A stretch of 53,243 nt of DNA from Verrucomicrobiota bacterium (lineage in GTDB: Bacteria; Chlamydiota; Chlamydiia; Chlamydiales; Rhabdochlamydiaceae). How positions within the stretch are numbered: the stretch's first letter is position 1; each line of letters opens with the position of its first letter. Location: positions 1 to 53,243 of the forward strand of contig JAFEGU010000114.1 of NCBI GenBank assembly GCA_018239725.1, given 5' to 3'. Below the pieces are notes generated by a model. The model searched no databases, was not told where the DNA came from, and saw nothing but the letters and a program-made list of their open reading frames with translations. The translations under genes and the position numbers were made by a program. This document shows, piece after piece, positions 1 through 10,597 of the stretch.

Positions 1-86
1 ACTTAACACTCCATGTAAAATCTGATAATTTACATGGTGCAATCGAAAGTTGACAGTAGCTTGCCTAGAGATAGCGGGAGAGCCTT

Positions 87-428
87 TCAAACATTGTAAT
101 TGAGATCGAGGACTAATAAATTCTCAAGATTTCCAATTTCTTCCGATAGAAAAGAGAGTTGATTAACGCTCGCATTGATCTTTTCGAGGCGAGTCATTTG
201 AAACAGATCGGCAGGAAGAGAAGATAGCCGGTTTTTATAAACGCTCAAATTTTTTAAAGATGTTAACCGACAGATACGCTTAGGGATTTCGCTGATTTGG
301 GTATCATCGAACCATATTTCTTCTAAATGAATTTGATCAAATATCTCTTCCGGAATGCTGCCTAAGCTTGAGCTAGTCAGATCAAGAGATGCATAGGGAT
401 TCGAAGATTTGCGATGGAATGCGCCCAT
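87..428 (-). CDS. Leucine-rich-repeat (LRR) protein, eukaryote-like, 113 aa
   Basis: Consecutive LxxLxLxxNxL-type repeats about 23 aa long (LTSLKNLSVYKNRLSSLP, MTRLEKINASVNQLSFL, LENLLVLDLNYN). Function not assignable. Confidence 0.6.
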   Translation of the reverse strand: MGAFHRKSSNPYASLDLTSSSLGSIPEEIFDQIHLEEIWFDDTQISEIPKRICRLTSLKNLSVYKNRLSSLPADLFQMTRLEKINASVNQLSFLSEEIGNLENLLVLDLNYNV

Positions 429-584
429 TTGTCCAGCCTCGCGATCAATTTTTTAACTAGACTGCGGATTTGAAAATTTGTCCACAACATAAAAGAAGTA
501 AATATTAGATCTCTTGCGTAACCCCATTCACCTCGCCAAATCGTTCTTTTTTCAGGCAAAGCGGGTTATGCAAGAGATCTGTTT

Positions 585-1223
585 TTATGGGGATAACCAC
601 CAAAAGTGTTCCGTGGATAAAATGGCTAATCCTTTTTCCTTTGCAAACAATTCTACAGCAGCTCGAACAGACGGCCAGTGCCAGTCGTCTCCGCAAAGGA
701 TTCCTTGAGGCCTCAGATGAGGGTGCCATGCGTTGAGATCTTCGTAAAGGGCCTTAGTCTCGTGGTTCGCATCGATATAGATAAGGTCTGCTTGAATGTC
801 CAATGTTTTTGCTGCAGCTAAACTGTCCATCCTGATAGGAATGATTTTATCGGCAAGCCCTGCATGAATGACGTTGGAAAGAAAATATTCATAGAGCATG
901 CTAAGTTCCGGCCTCCAATGCTCATGGCCGGGCTGATGTTCTTGAGAACCGAGCCAGTGGTCGATCGCATACAATTTACCGCCTTGGGGCAAATGAGATG
1001 CCATATGTCGCGTCGAAAGTCCGAGCCAGCTCCCAACCTCAATGATATCGCGGACCTGATGCTGCCGGATCAAGATTTCTAATTGGGGCCCGTTTAGATA
1101 CCAGCCATGAGGAGAAAACGGGAGCAAGGAGGCATTTCGATAAGGCTCCGGAAGGTCATCAAAAGTCCCAAATGCACTTGTCATCCAGGATGAGAAAATA
1201 ATGATCCAATAGAATTTATGCAT
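585..1223 (-). CDS. Class I SAM-dependent methyltransferase-like protein with hydrophobic N-terminus
   Basis: The ORF track starts at a TTG at 1298. I prefer the ATG at 1223 (MHKFYWIIIFSSWMTSAFG). Rossmann-MTase-like motifs: IIEVGSWLGLST, KLYAIDHW, LIYIDANHE, GILCGDDW. Confidence 0.6.
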   Translation of the reverse strand: MHKFYWIIIFSSWMTSAFGTFDDLPEPYRNASLLPFSPHGWYLNGPQLEILIRQHQVRDIIEVGSWLGLSTRHMASHLPQGGKLYAIDHWLGSQEHQPGHEHWRPELSMLYEYFLSNVIHAGLADKIIPIRMDSLAAAKTLDIQADLIYIDANHETKALYEDLNAWHPHLRPQGILCGDDWHWPSVRAAVELFAKEKGLAILSTEHFWWLSP

Positions 1224-1351
1224 AATTGGGAACGTAAGAGACAGGTGCAAAATTTTCAATAAAAAATCGGCAGAGCCAATTTTCTCTTGAAGTGTCAAAA
1301 GGAATATGCCACCCTGATTTAATAAATTCTGAATTTAATTGAGGTTGAACA

Positions 1352-3004
1352 ATGATTGAGGGCTATGAAGAGTTCACAGAAAGCCAAATAAAGATTTTGG
1401 AACGGTATGTGACAAACACATCTAGCAATGTCTTTGTGCTGCGCAATTTGCCTGAGGTCATCAAAGGGGCTCTGTTTTCCCGGTACTCCCGTTCGAGCTT
1501 AGGCTTAAGGTCTTTGCTCTTGAAGGATTTTATCCTCAATGAAGAGACGGCGTTCTCCGCTATTGCAGGCCCTACCCATCAGACGGGGCGGGAAGAGCAA
1601 GACCTCGAAGACCAGATCATGGCGATCAAGAAGGCCCAAAACTTTTATGATCGGATCTTAGATGGATATGGAGATGATTCTATCGGAGAGCTGGGCGGCG
1701 CCCACCTGGCGATTGAAAATATTTCGATGCTCGCTGCCAAAATTGTGGAAGACTGCCGCATTGGCGGCTCGCCTTTAGAAAAATCGACCCGCTACATCTA
1801 TTTCGACCAAAAGGTCGACGGGGAATATCTCTATTACCGGGAACCGATCTTGATGACGTCGGCATTCCGGGAAACCTATATCCAAACGTGCAACCGTTTG
1901 TTTGAGACTTATTCCGCCTTGATCCCGCCGCTGACAGAATTGATGGAAAAGAAGTTCCCTAAAGAACATGACGTCTCGAAAGTGGCCTATACTGCAGCTT
2001 TGCGCGCTAAAGTGCTTGATTGCCTGCGCGGCCTGCTCCCTTCCAGCGCTCTGACCAATATGGGGATGTATGGAAACGGGAGGTTCTTTGAGAATCTGAT
2101 CCAGAAGCTAAACAGCCACAACCTGGCTGAAATGCAAGATGTCGGCAGGAAGTCGTATCAAGAGCTGTCAAAAGTAATCCCTTCCTTTATCCGCCGCGGA
2201 GATCCATCTCATAAGTACCAGCGCTCATTCTCTCAGTACAATGAGCAGATGAAAAACGATCTTAAAATGCTTGCAGACCGCCATGCTTCTTCGCTCCCCA
2301 AGATGTCGAGCGCAGGGGTCCGCTTGATCTCTTACGACCTCGATAGCCCTTATAAGGTCGCTGCGTCCCTTTTATTCGAATACGCGGACGCAGGCCTGCA
2401 TGAATTGGAAGAATATTCCCGCCACCTTCCTGAAGAAGAGCTCTATCGCGTTTTAGATGCCGGATGCAATTACCGTGAAAATCGGAGGCATAAGTCCCCT
2501 CGCGCTCTTGAAAATGCCTTTTTCACATTTGAGATCGTTGCAGACTTTGGCATTTTCCGAGACTTGCACCGCCACCGGATGCTCACGCAAGACAGGCAGA
2601 TGCTTACTTGCAATTTCGGATATTTCATCCCGCATGAGATTCTGGACACGGAAATGGAAAAGCAATATCGGGATGCAATGGACGAAGCCAAAAAAGTTTA
2701 TGAGCAAATTGCTGAAGAGCTGCCTGAAGAAGCGCAGTATGTCGTTCCAATGGCCTACAATGTCCACTGGTATTACAATGTGAACCTTCGTTCTCTTCAA
2801 TGGCTCTGCGAACTGCGTTCTTCCCCAGCTGGGCATCCCAACTATCGCTTCGTCGCTCAAGAGCTCGCCAAACAGGTGATCAAAGTGTTTCCAGCATTTG
2901 AGCGGTTCTTTAAGTTTGTTGATTTTGAAGGATATGAACTTGGACGCCTTGGCCAGGAAATCCGGATCGTGGAAAAACGGTTAGCAAGGAGCTCCCATGG
3001 CTAA
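1352..3004 (+). CDS. thyX: FAD-dependent thymidylate synthase ThyX (long chlamydial-type form)
   Basis: ThyX signature region FRDLHRHRMLTQDRQ and the 550-aa length typical of chlamydial ThyX. The stop overlaps the next gene's start by 8 nt. Confidence 0.88.
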   Translation: MIEGYEEFTESQIKILERYVTNTSSNVFVLRNLPEVIKGALFSRYSRSSLGLRSLLLKDFILNEETAFSAIAGPTHQTGREEQDLEDQIMAIKKAQNFYDRILDGYGDDSIGELGGAHLAIENISMLAAKIVEDCRIGGSPLEKSTRYIYFDQKVDGEYLYYREPILMTSAFRETYIQTCNRLFETYSALIPPLTELMEKKFPKEHDVSKVAYTAALRAKVLDCLRGLLPSSALTNMGMYGNGRFFENLIQKLNSHNLAEMQDVGRKSYQELSKVIPSFIRRGDPSHKYQRSFSQYNEQMKNDLKMLADRHASSLPKMSSAGVRLISYDLDSPYKVAASLLFEYADAGLHELEEYSRHLPEEELYRVLDAGCNYRENRRHKSPRALENAFFTFEIVADFGIFRDLHRHRMLTQDRQMLTCNFGYFIPHEILDTEMEKQYRDAMDEAKKVYEQIAEELPEEAQYVVPMAYNVHWYYNVNLRSLQWLCELRSSPAGHPNYRFVAQELAKQVIKVFPAFERFFKFVDFEGYELGRLGQEIRIVEKRLARSSHG

Positions 3005-4241
3005 AGGAACGGGAAGCGTCATCGGCGGAATGCTGTTGATTGCAGGCAGCTGCATTGGAGCTGGGATGCTTGGGCTTCCTATTGTGACCGGATTTGCGGG
3101 CTTTTTTCCTTCGCTTCTCATGTTCTTCATTGCGTGGATTTTTATGACCGCGACCGCCCTTCTTCTTGTCGAAGTCAATGGATGGTTTTCCAAGCAGGTC
3201 AACCTTTTGTCCATGTCGAGCAGCACGCTCGGAAAATGGGGGAAGAACTTGTGCTGGGTCATGTACTTGTTCCTTTTTTATTCCCTTCTTGTCGCCTACA
3301 TATCAGGCAGCGGCAGCCTCGTCTCGACAATATTGCAAAATGCCTTTTCGTTTAAATTGCCAATCTGGATAGCGAGTCTTTTCTTTGTTATCTTTTTCGG
3401 CTGGGTCATTTATTTGGGAACGCGGCGGGTCGATCATGTCAACCGAGGGCTGATGTTCGGTAAGATCGGCTTTTTTATCCTTTTGATCATTATCGGCATT
3501 CAGTTCTTGCGTCCCGGACTTTTATTGCGCACGGAGCCAAAATATGTCTTTTCCGCTCTTCCTCTGCTTGTAATCGCTTTTGGATTTCATAATATGATCC
3601 CTAGTTTGACCGCCTATTTAAATGGAGACTTGAAAAAGGTCAGAATCACAATTATCGGCGGAAGCTTAATGGCCTTTCTCATCTACCTCATATGGGAGAT
3701 TCTTGTGCTCGGGATCGTTCCGTTAAGAGGCCCTAATGGACTGATTGCAAGCTTGATGAGCGATCAAGAAGCGTCCCAAGCGATAGCTGCTATTGTCCGG
3801 TCTCCTGCGATCAGCGTGTTTTCCCAAGGATTGGCATTCTTTGCCATCCTGACTTCCTTTCTAGCGCAGGCGCTCAGCCTTGTCCACTTCCTTGCAGACG
3901 GTTTTAAGATCAACTACAAGAAACAGGAAAGCATCAGCTTGTGCATCCTTGCCCTGATGCCGCCGCTTGTCCTTTCATTGATCTATCCGCAGCTATTTTT
4001 CAAGGCGTTAAACTTTGCGGGGGGTATCTGCGCTGTTGTTTTGTTCGGCATCATGCCAGCCTTGATGGTATGGATGGGGCGTTATCGGAAGCAGACAAGT
4101 TCCGGATATCAAGTTCCTGGCGGCAAAGCAACTCTGATTGGGGTCTTAATCGTAGCGGTGTTCATTTTTATTCTTCAGTTCTCTTCGATGATCGGCTTCC
4201 ATTTTGTTCCAGATCCTCATAGCCTTCCCCGAGGGATGTAG
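2997..4241 (+). CDS. tyrP: Aromatic amino acid (Tyr/Trp) permease, HAAAP family (TyrP/Mtr-like)
   Basis: N-terminus GSVIGGMLLIAGSCIGAGMLGLPIVTG is typical of TyrP/Mtr/TnaB. Polytopic membrane protein with about 11 hydrophobic segments. Confidence 0.8.
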   Translation: MAKGTGSVIGGMLLIAGSCIGAGMLGLPIVTGFAGFFPSLLMFFIAWIFMTATALLLVEVNGWFSKQVNLLSMSSSTLGKWGKNLCWVMYLFLFYSLLVAYISGSGSLVSTILQNAFSFKLPIWIASLFFVIFFGWVIYLGTRRVDHVNRGLMFGKIGFFILLIIIGIQFLRPGLLLRTEPKYVFSALPLLVIAFGFHNMIPSLTAYLNGDLKKVRITIIGGSLMAFLIYLIWEILVLGIVPLRGPNGLIASLMSDQEASQAIAAIVRSPAISVFSQGLAFFAILTSFLAQALSLVHFLADGFKINYKKQESISLCILALMPPLVLSLIYPQLFFKALNFAGGICAVVLFGIMPALMVWMGRYRKQTSSGYQVPGGKATLIGVLIVAVFIFILQFSSMIGFHFVPDPHSLPRGM

Positions 4242-6232
4242 TGTTCCAACTGAAGACCGAGTTTCTTCCCTGCGGAGATCAGCCTCAAGCAATCGATAAA
4301 CTGGTTGCCGGGGTTCGCGCTAATAAAAAATCCCAGGTCTTGCTCGGCGTTACCGGCTCAGGAAAGACGTTCACAATGGCTAATGTGATCCAAAAGGTCC
4401 AAAAGCCGACCTTGATCATTGCCCACAATAAAACGCTTGCCGCCCAGCTCTATCAAGAGTTCAAGTCTTTTTTCCCCGACAATGCCGTCGAGTACTTTGT
4501 CTCTTACTACGACTACTATCAGCCGGAAGCCTATATCGCACGTACCGATACCTATATTGAAAAGGACCTTGCGATCAATGATCAGATCGATCGGATGCGG
4601 CTGAGCGCAACGCGCTCGCTTCTTGAAAGGGAGGATGTCGTCATCGTCGCTTCCGTCTCTTGCATCTATGGCTTGGGATTGCCAGAATACTACAGCCAAA
4701 TGTTGCTGACTTTGACGATCAATCAAAAATGCCGCCGCGACGATATTTTGCTCCATCTTGTCGAGATGCATTATAAGCGCAATGATTACGACTTGATTAG
4801 ATCCACGTTCCGTGCCCGCGGCGACAATTTAGAGATCATGCCTGCATATGAAGAGAACTTAGCGTACCGGATCGAATTTTTTGGGGATGAGATCGAGCGG
4901 ATCAGCGAGATAGATCCTTTGACGGGCAGAGTTAGAAAGCGGCTTGATAAAGTGAGCATCTATCCAGGTTCCCACCACGTTACACCAGAGAGCGTCCGCT
5001 TAAATGCGATACAGACGATCCGTGAAGAACTTAAGGAAAGGATTGCCCATTTCGAAAAAGAGAACCTCCTTGTCGAGATGCAAAGGATCCAGCAGAGGAC
5101 AAATTACGACCTCGAAATGCTTAAAGAGATCGGATTTTGCAAAGGGGTGGAAAATTATTCCCGCCATTTTTCTCAGAGGCTTCCAGGCCAGCCGCCACCA
5201 TGCCTTCTCGATTATTTTCCCAAGGACTTTCTCCTCTTTATCGATGAATCGCATCAGACGCTGCCACAGCTTCATGCGATGTATAACGGAGATCGGGCCC
5301 GCAAGGAATCTCTCGTCCAATTCGGTTTCCGCCTTCCATCGGCGTTCGACAACCGGCCGCTGAAATTCGAAGAGACTCATGCCCGGATGAACCAAGTGAT
5401 CTTTGTCTCCGCTACTCCCGGACGTTGGGAAGTAGAGCAAGCAAGCGGAGATGTCGTCCAGCAGATCATCCGTCCAACGGGGCTTCTCGATCCTAAGATC
5501 GAGATCAAACCTGCATCAAACCAAGTCGATGATTGCTTGGAACAGATCCGCCAGGAGACGGAGCTTGGACGGCGCGTTCTTGTGACGACGCTGACTAAAA
5601 AACTTTCAGAAGATCTGACCAAATACCTTACCGAAATCGGCGTAAAGGCGAAGTACCTCCACTCAGATATCGACACCCTTGAGCGGGTCCAGATCATTAA
5701 CGATCTGCGCAAAGGGCTTTTCGATGTTCTTGTCGGGATCAATCTGTTGCGCGAAGGGCTTGATATTCCTGAAGTCTCCCTCGTCGCTATCCTTGATGCG
5801 GATAAGGAAGGTTTTTTGCGGAGCGAAACATCATTGGTCCAAACATGCGGCAGAGCAGCGCGCAATGTACAGGGCCGAGTGATTATGTATGCTGACAAGA
5901 TGACCGATTCGATCAACAGGACAATTGCGATCACACAGGAGCGCCGAGCTGTCCAGGAAGCTTATAATGAGAAGCACAACATCACTCCACGCTCGGTTAA
6001 GAGGGAGCTCATCCAGAACCTCGCAGAAACTTTTGGAGAGGTGGTCGATACCCTCCAAGAAGCTCAAAAGGTTCCTTCTACACACATCGATGCCGATGAG
6101 ATCGACAAAAGGATCAGGGAATATGAGATCGAAATGCGCCGCGCTGCAAAAGAAATGCGGTTTGAAGATGCCGCCCACTTCCGCGATCTGATGCAGCATT
6201 ATCAAAAACTCCAAATTCTTGAAGGTTCTTGA
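4241..6232 (+). CDS. uvrB: Excinuclease ABC subunit B
   Basis: GTG start overlaps the tyrP stop (TAGTG). Walker A GVTGSGKT, the YYDYYQPEAY beta-hairpin region, DESH box, and C-terminal UVR domain (RFEDAAHFRD). Confidence 0.97.
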   Translation: MFQLKTEFLPCGDQPQAIDKLVAGVRANKKSQVLLGVTGSGKTFTMANVIQKVQKPTLIIAHNKTLAAQLYQEFKSFFPDNAVEYFVSYYDYYQPEAYIARTDTYIEKDLAINDQIDRMRLSATRSLLEREDVVIVASVSCIYGLGLPEYYSQMLLTLTINQKCRRDDILLHLVEMHYKRNDYDLIRSTFRARGDNLEIMPAYEENLAYRIEFFGDEIERISEIDPLTGRVRKRLDKVSIYPGSHHVTPESVRLNAIQTIREELKERIAHFEKENLLVEMQRIQQRTNYDLEMLKEIGFCKGVENYSRHFSQRLPGQPPPCLLDYFPKDFLLFIDESHQTLPQLHAMYNGDRARKESLVQFGFRLPSAFDNRPLKFEETHARMNQVIFVSATPGRWEVEQASGDVVQQIIRPTGLLDPKIEIKPASNQVDDCLEQIRQETELGRRVLVTTLTKKLSEDLTKYLTEIGVKAKYLHSDIDTLERVQIINDLRKGLFDVLVGINLLREGLDIPEVSLVAILDADKEGFLRSETSLVQTCGRAARNVQGRVIMYADKMTDSINRTIAITQERRAVQEAYNEKHNITPRSVKRELIQNLAETFGEVVDTLQEAQKVPSTHIDADEIDKRIREYEIEMRRAAKEMRFEDAAHFRDLMQHYQKLQILEGS

Positions 6233-6259
6233 AATATACACATTGGGGATGAAAATTGT

Positions 6260-7768
6260 ATGGAAAACAGTGCTTCTTATCAGTCGCAGCAGGTTAAAAG
6301 TGGAGTCTATCCATTAAACGTAGCGAAGGCCGTTCAATGGATGCTTTTATTAATCATCGCGTATTTTCCCTTTCAAAAACGATTTTCAAGCGCTCTAAAA
6401 GGGATCTCCTACTCATTTGTCCCCTCCCATGTCGAGCTTCCCTCCTTTTTCTCAAAAAAAATGGACTTCTATTTTACCGACTTGATCATCTTGCTGATGA
6501 TTGGATTATGTTTGTATCGAGGACGGAAGAGGGTGGGAGCTTTTTTATTCAGCGGTCCAGCAAAATTTTTGATCCTTTTCTTCGCCGCTGCAGTGTTATC
6601 CGTTGCTTGTTCCGTCACGGCTGACTATGCGATCCAATACTATCGCCTGGTGCAGCTTCTTCTCTTTTTACTCCTGTTCTGCTCCATATCTGATGTCTTA
6701 AGATCATTGGAGGTACAGCAACTAGTCAATCGGATATTTTGGGTTTTTTTGTTTGCAGCTTTGGTTGAATGCGGCATCGGGATTGCCCAGTACTTTATGC
6801 AAGGATCGTTAGGACTCAAAAGCTTAGGAGAAGTCAATATTTCAGGCTTTCATTTCCCGATGCAAGGGGGCTATCGATGGATCATTGATGAATGGACTGG
6901 GTGCATGACTGATCGCACTGTGTTATGCCGATGCAGCGGAACCTTTACCCATCCTAATATCCTGGGAGGATTCCTTTTTGCATCGCTGCTCGCAACGTTT
7001 TATCTGATTATCGTCGAAAATAAAAAAACAGTCCGCAGGCTGCTTTATGGTGCCATATTCATCCAAATCTTCACCTTGGCGATCTCGTTTTCTCGAGCTG
7101 CAATCATTGCAACGGTGATCGGCGTCTTCGTTTGGTTCGGTGTCTCTATGGTCAAATTCTTTCGCAAGGAAAAACGGAACGACCTTTTTTTTCTAAGAAG
7201 AGTTTCGGTGATTGCTGCGGTCTTGGTCAGCGCCTTGATCTGCTTATCGTTATTTTATAATCAATTTTTTTCTCGCGGCGGAATTATCAATTACAACCAA
7301 GTTGTCGCCGTTGCTGACCAGGAGCGGATTGTTTATCAAAATATCGCTTGGGAGATGTTTAAGGATCACCCGATATTGGGAGGGGGGTACAATAATTATC
7401 AAATTTTAAGCCACGAATACATTCCAGAAAATAATACAAGCGTCCTTTTCGCTAAGGTTCATAACATCTATCTTCTCGTGCTTGCGGAAACAGGCTTGTT
7501 GGGAGCTGGAGCTTTTGTTTTGTTTCTCATCTCCCTTTTTAAAAGGGTATTAAGGAGGGCAGACGACGAAGCAATCCAGACCGCATTAGCGATCTTTGCA
7601 GGATTTTTGTTTATCGGCCTCTGTGATTTTTACTTCCTGCATACCCATCATGGAAAATGTCTCTTTTTTCTGTTTGCTGCTTTGCTGCAGGCTGACTTAA
7701 AAACGTTCAAAAGGCCTGAGCCTTTCGTGGAGCAAATCAGCCAACCAGTAGGGAGCAAGTTGGATTAA
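6260..7768 (+). CDS. O-antigen ligase/polymerase family membrane protein (Wzy_C/WaaL-like)
   Basis: Polytopic membrane protein with the characteristic late motif AKVHNIYLLVLAETGLLGAGAFVLFL. Sits immediately upstream of wzm/wzt. Confidence 0.72.
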   Translation: MENSASYQSQQVKSGVYPLNVAKAVQWMLLLIIAYFPFQKRFSSALKGISYSFVPSHVELPSFFSKKMDFYFTDLIILLMIGLCLYRGRKRVGAFLFSGPAKFLILFFAAAVLSVACSVTADYAIQYYRLVQLLLFLLLFCSISDVLRSLEVQQLVNRIFWVFLFAALVECGIGIAQYFMQGSLGLKSLGEVNISGFHFPMQGGYRWIIDEWTGCMTDRTVLCRCSGTFTHPNILGGFLFASLLATFYLIIVENKKTVRRLLYGAIFIQIFTLAISFSRAAIIATVIGVFVWFGVSMVKFFRKEKRNDLFFLRRVSVIAAVLVSALICLSLFYNQFFSRGGIINYNQVVAVADQERIVYQNIAWEMFKDHPILGGGYNNYQILSHEYIPENNTSVLFAKVHNIYLLVLAETGLLGAGAFVLFLISLFKRVLRRADDEAIQTALAIFAGFLFIGLCDFYFLHTHHGKCLFFLFAALLQADLKTFKRPEPFVEQISQPVGSKLD

Positions 7769-7849
7769 TAGCAATTTTCCGAGGAGAAATCGGTTGACTT
7801 CTACCAGGAAACGGACTAACCTCATGCCTAGTCTAAATCCATAAAAATT

Positions 7850-8668
7850 ATGAAGCCGATTATCGTTCAAGCCACTTCGGGATGGTCCCGGATCAACATC
7901 CGGCAGCTTTACAGCTATCGCGAAGTGCTATTTATGCTTTTGCGTCGCAACTTGAAAGCACGCTATGCGCAAACCTATTTGGGAGTAGGCTGGATCCTTT
8001 TTCAACCACTTTTTACCGTCCTTCTCTTTTCTGTTATTTTTGGCAGATGGATGCAGATGTCAAGCGACGGGGTCCCTTATTTTCTGTTCGCTTTTACAGG
8101 TTTGATCTGTTGGATTTTTATTTCAAGCTGCATTCAGCGGGCAAGCGGCATTATGTTGATGGATAGCCGGCTTATTACAAAAATTTATTTCCCGCGTCTA
8201 TTAATGCCTTTGGCATCCCTATTAGAAACTCTGATCGAAACCTTTTTTCTTGTCGCTGTTTTGTCTTTGCTTTTGCTGTTCAATCCTACTCTTATCAGCT
8301 GGAAAATGACGCTTTTTCCTTTATGGATTGTACCGCTTTGCCTGTTGGGCTTAGGGATGGGTTCTCTCTTTTCTTCATTAGGCGTTTACTATCGCGATGC
8401 AGTAGCTTTACTTCCGTTTTTTTTACAGACCTGGATGTATTGCTCTCCCATCGTCTATTCAACCTCGGCCGTTCCTGAAAAATGGATTTCATTGTACCGC
8501 TTGAACCCGATGGCCGGCATCCTTGATGCGATGAGATGGAGTTTTCTTAACGGCTCAAATTTTCCAACAACCAGTTTCCTTACAGCGTGCTGCGTGGCCC
8601 TATTTATCGGGTTTGCAGGCGTATATATTTTCTGTCGATTGGAACGCAACTTCGCTGATGTGCTATGA
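7850..8668 (+). CDS. wzm: Polysaccharide ABC transporter permease (ABC-2 type, Wzm/TagG/KpsM-like)
   Basis: N-terminal LLRRNLKARYAQTYLGVGWILFQPL motif typical of ABC-2 exporters, six TM segments, and ATGA overlap with the ATPase gene. Confidence 0.82.
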   Translation: MKPIIVQATSGWSRINIRQLYSYREVLFMLLRRNLKARYAQTYLGVGWILFQPLFTVLLFSVIFGRWMQMSSDGVPYFLFAFTGLICWIFISSCIQRASGIMLMDSRLITKIYFPRLLMPLASLLETLIETFFLVAVLSLLLLFNPTLISWKMTLFPLWIVPLCLLGLGMGSLFSSLGVYYRDAVALLPFFLQTWMYCSPIVYSTSAVPEKWISLYRLNPMAGILDAMRWSFLNGSNFPTTSFLTACCVALFIGFAGVYIFCRLERNFADVL

Positions 8669-9429
8669 AACCGATTATTGAAGTATGCAACATTTCCAAG
8701 CGCTACCAGCTTTTTTCCGATCCTTCAGAAAACCAACACCGCAGTTTGAAAAAAACCTTGCATCGGCTGATTGCCGGCGGCTGGCAACGCAACGAAATGG
8801 TCGAGTTTTGGGCGTTGCAGGATATTTCCTTTTCTCTGCATCCAGGAGAAGTTGTTGCTATTTTAGGCCATAATGGTTCGGGGAAAAGCACACTTCTCAA
8901 ACTCATGTCGAGAATTATCGAGCCCACTAAGGGGAAGATCATCCTTTCTGGACGATTAGGCGCCCTTCTAGAGATCGGCACAGGGATGCATCCTGATCTG
9001 ACGGGTTTAGAAAATATCTATTTCTGCGGAGCTCTCCTCGGCATGAAAAAAAAGGAGGTCGTTCGTCATTTAGACGAGATTATCTCCTTTGCTGATATCG
9101 AGGCTTTTTTACAGACGCCCTTTAAAAAATATTCCAGCGGAATGGCGTTGCGCTTAGCAGCTTCGATCTTGCTGCATTTGAAGACGGACATTCTGATCTT
9201 AGATGAGATCCTCTCCGTCGGGGATTACGACTTTCAGAGCCTATGTTTCGATAAGATCAAGCAAGTTGCGAACGACGGCAGGCTAGTCTTGTGCGTCACC
9301 CATCATGAAGAATGGATCTCTACTTATTGCAAAAGGGCCCTTTTGTTGAAAAATGGGCAATTGATGGCAGATGGATCCCCTGTGGATATCCTAAAACAGT
9401 ACCATCATCAAAAACTCTTGAGCCTTTAA
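8665..9429 (+). CDS. wzt: Polysaccharide ABC transporter ATP-binding protein (Wzt/TagH/KpsT-like), short form without C-terminal carbohydrate-binding domain
   Basis: Walker A GHNGSGKST, ABC signature YSSGMALRL, Walker B ILILDE, H-loop CVTHH. Confidence 0.88.
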   Translation: MKPIIEVCNISKRYQLFSDPSENQHRSLKKTLHRLIAGGWQRNEMVEFWALQDISFSLHPGEVVAILGHNGSGKSTLLKLMSRIIEPTKGKIILSGRLGALLEIGTGMHPDLTGLENIYFCGALLGMKKKEVVRHLDEIISFADIEAFLQTPFKKYSSGMALRLAASILLHLKTDILILDEILSVGDYDFQSLCFDKIKQVANDGRLVLCVTHHEEWISTYCKRALLLKNGQLMADGSPVDILKQYHHQKLLSL

Positions 9430-9520
9430 TCCGAAACTATCAGCGGGCATTTGCGCTTTTCATAAAACGAGTGGTTTTGCATAGTGGTAGCATCTTATAG
9501 AAGATGTGTTGAAGCCTGTT

Positions 9521-10585
9521 ATGAGAAAAAAAGCCTTTCTTACAGGGATCACCGGTCAGGATGGATCCTATCTAGCTGAACTCTTATTGGAAAAAAATTA
9601 TGAAGTCCATGGACTGGTCCGTCGTTCTTCCACTGCAAACTTGCATCGGATAAACCATCTTCTCGACGGGCTGCCTTATGATGGACAGTTTTTCCTTCAT
9701 GAAGGGGATGTGACCGATTCTTCCAGCTTAGAGCGGATCATTGGCATGGTTAAACCTGACGAAGTCTATAACCTAGCTGCAATGAGCGATGTTAAGATCT
9801 CATTTGATATTCCCGAGTATACGGGAGATGTTGACGGACTGGGAACGCTGCGTCTATTAGAGTCGATCCGAAAAAATTGCCCAAAGGCAAGGTTTTATCA
9901 AGCATCGACTTCGGAGCTTTTTGGCAAGGTCAGGACGATTCCTCAAAATGAACAGACCCCTTTCTACCCACGTTCGCCTTACGGCGTCGCAAAACTCTAT
10001 GCCTATTGGGCTGTCGTGAATTATCGGGAAGCCTATGGGCTTTATGCCTGTAATGGGATCCTGTTTAACCACGAAAGCCCGCGAAGAGGTGAAAACTTTG
10101 TCTCGCGGAAGATCACCCGTACGATTGCTCGGATCCAAGCCGGGATCGACAATGTCCTGCTGATGGGCAACCTAGAGGCAAAACGGGATTGGGGATATGC
10201 TCGAGACTTTGTCGAGGGAATGTGGCTGATGCTTCAGCAGGAAACTCCTGAAGATTTTGTGCTGGCAACAGGAAAGACGACGACTGTGAAGCAGTTTATT
10301 GAAATGGCTTTTGAAGAGGTCGGTGTGTCTCTTCGCTGGGAAGGGAAGGGAGTTGAAGAAAAGGGATTTGATGCCCAAACAGGGCATTTGAGAGTGGCCG
10401 TTTCCCCAGAGTTCTTCCGCCCCTCAGAGGTGGACCTTTTGATTGGGGACTCCACAAAAGCTAGAACTCAACTGAAATGGTCAGCAAAAACAGAGCTTCG
10501 AGAGCTTGTCCGAATGATGGTGCGCACAGACCTTGAGCGAGTATCCCTTGCAGATACCAAAAATATGGCCTTCAAAGAGGTTTAA
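9521..10585 (+). CDS. gmd: GDP-mannose 4,6-dehydratase
   Basis: [71 protein letters not shown]. The ATG at 9521 is preferred to the GTG at 9506. Confidence 0.95.
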   Translation: MRKKAFLTGITGQDGSYLAELLLEKNYEVHGLVRRSSTANLHRINHLLDGLPYDGQFFLHEGDVTDSSSLERIIGMVKPDEVYNLAAMSDVKISFDIPEYTGDVDGLGTLRLLESIRKNCPKARFYQASTSELFGKVRTIPQNEQTPFYPRSPYGVAKLYAYWAVVNYREAYGLYACNGILFNHESPRRGENFVSRKITRTIARIQAGIDNVLLMGNLEAKRDWGYARDFVEGMWLMLQQETPEDFVLATGKTTTVKQFIEMAFEEVGVSLRWEGKGVEEKGFDAQTGHLRVAVSPEFFRPSEVDLLIGDSTKARTQLKWSAKTELRELVRMMVRTDLERVSLADTKNMAFKEV

Positions 10586-10597
10586 AAGAAACGTTCA

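Noticed and set aside
11-37. 9-bp inverted repeat CCATGTAAA-N9-TTTACATGG downstream of the LRR gene.
   Set aside because: The stem is short and AT-rich, with no U-tract on the relevant (minus) strand. It is too weak to call a terminator.
5377-5934. 185-aa minus-strand ORF antisense to uvrB. Similar cases: 15553-16218 antisense to the P4H gene, and 44262-45669 antisense to putA.
   Set aside because: They are embedded in well-supported genes, show no recognisable motifs, and have R/S/P-rich composition typical of out-of-frame or antisense reading.
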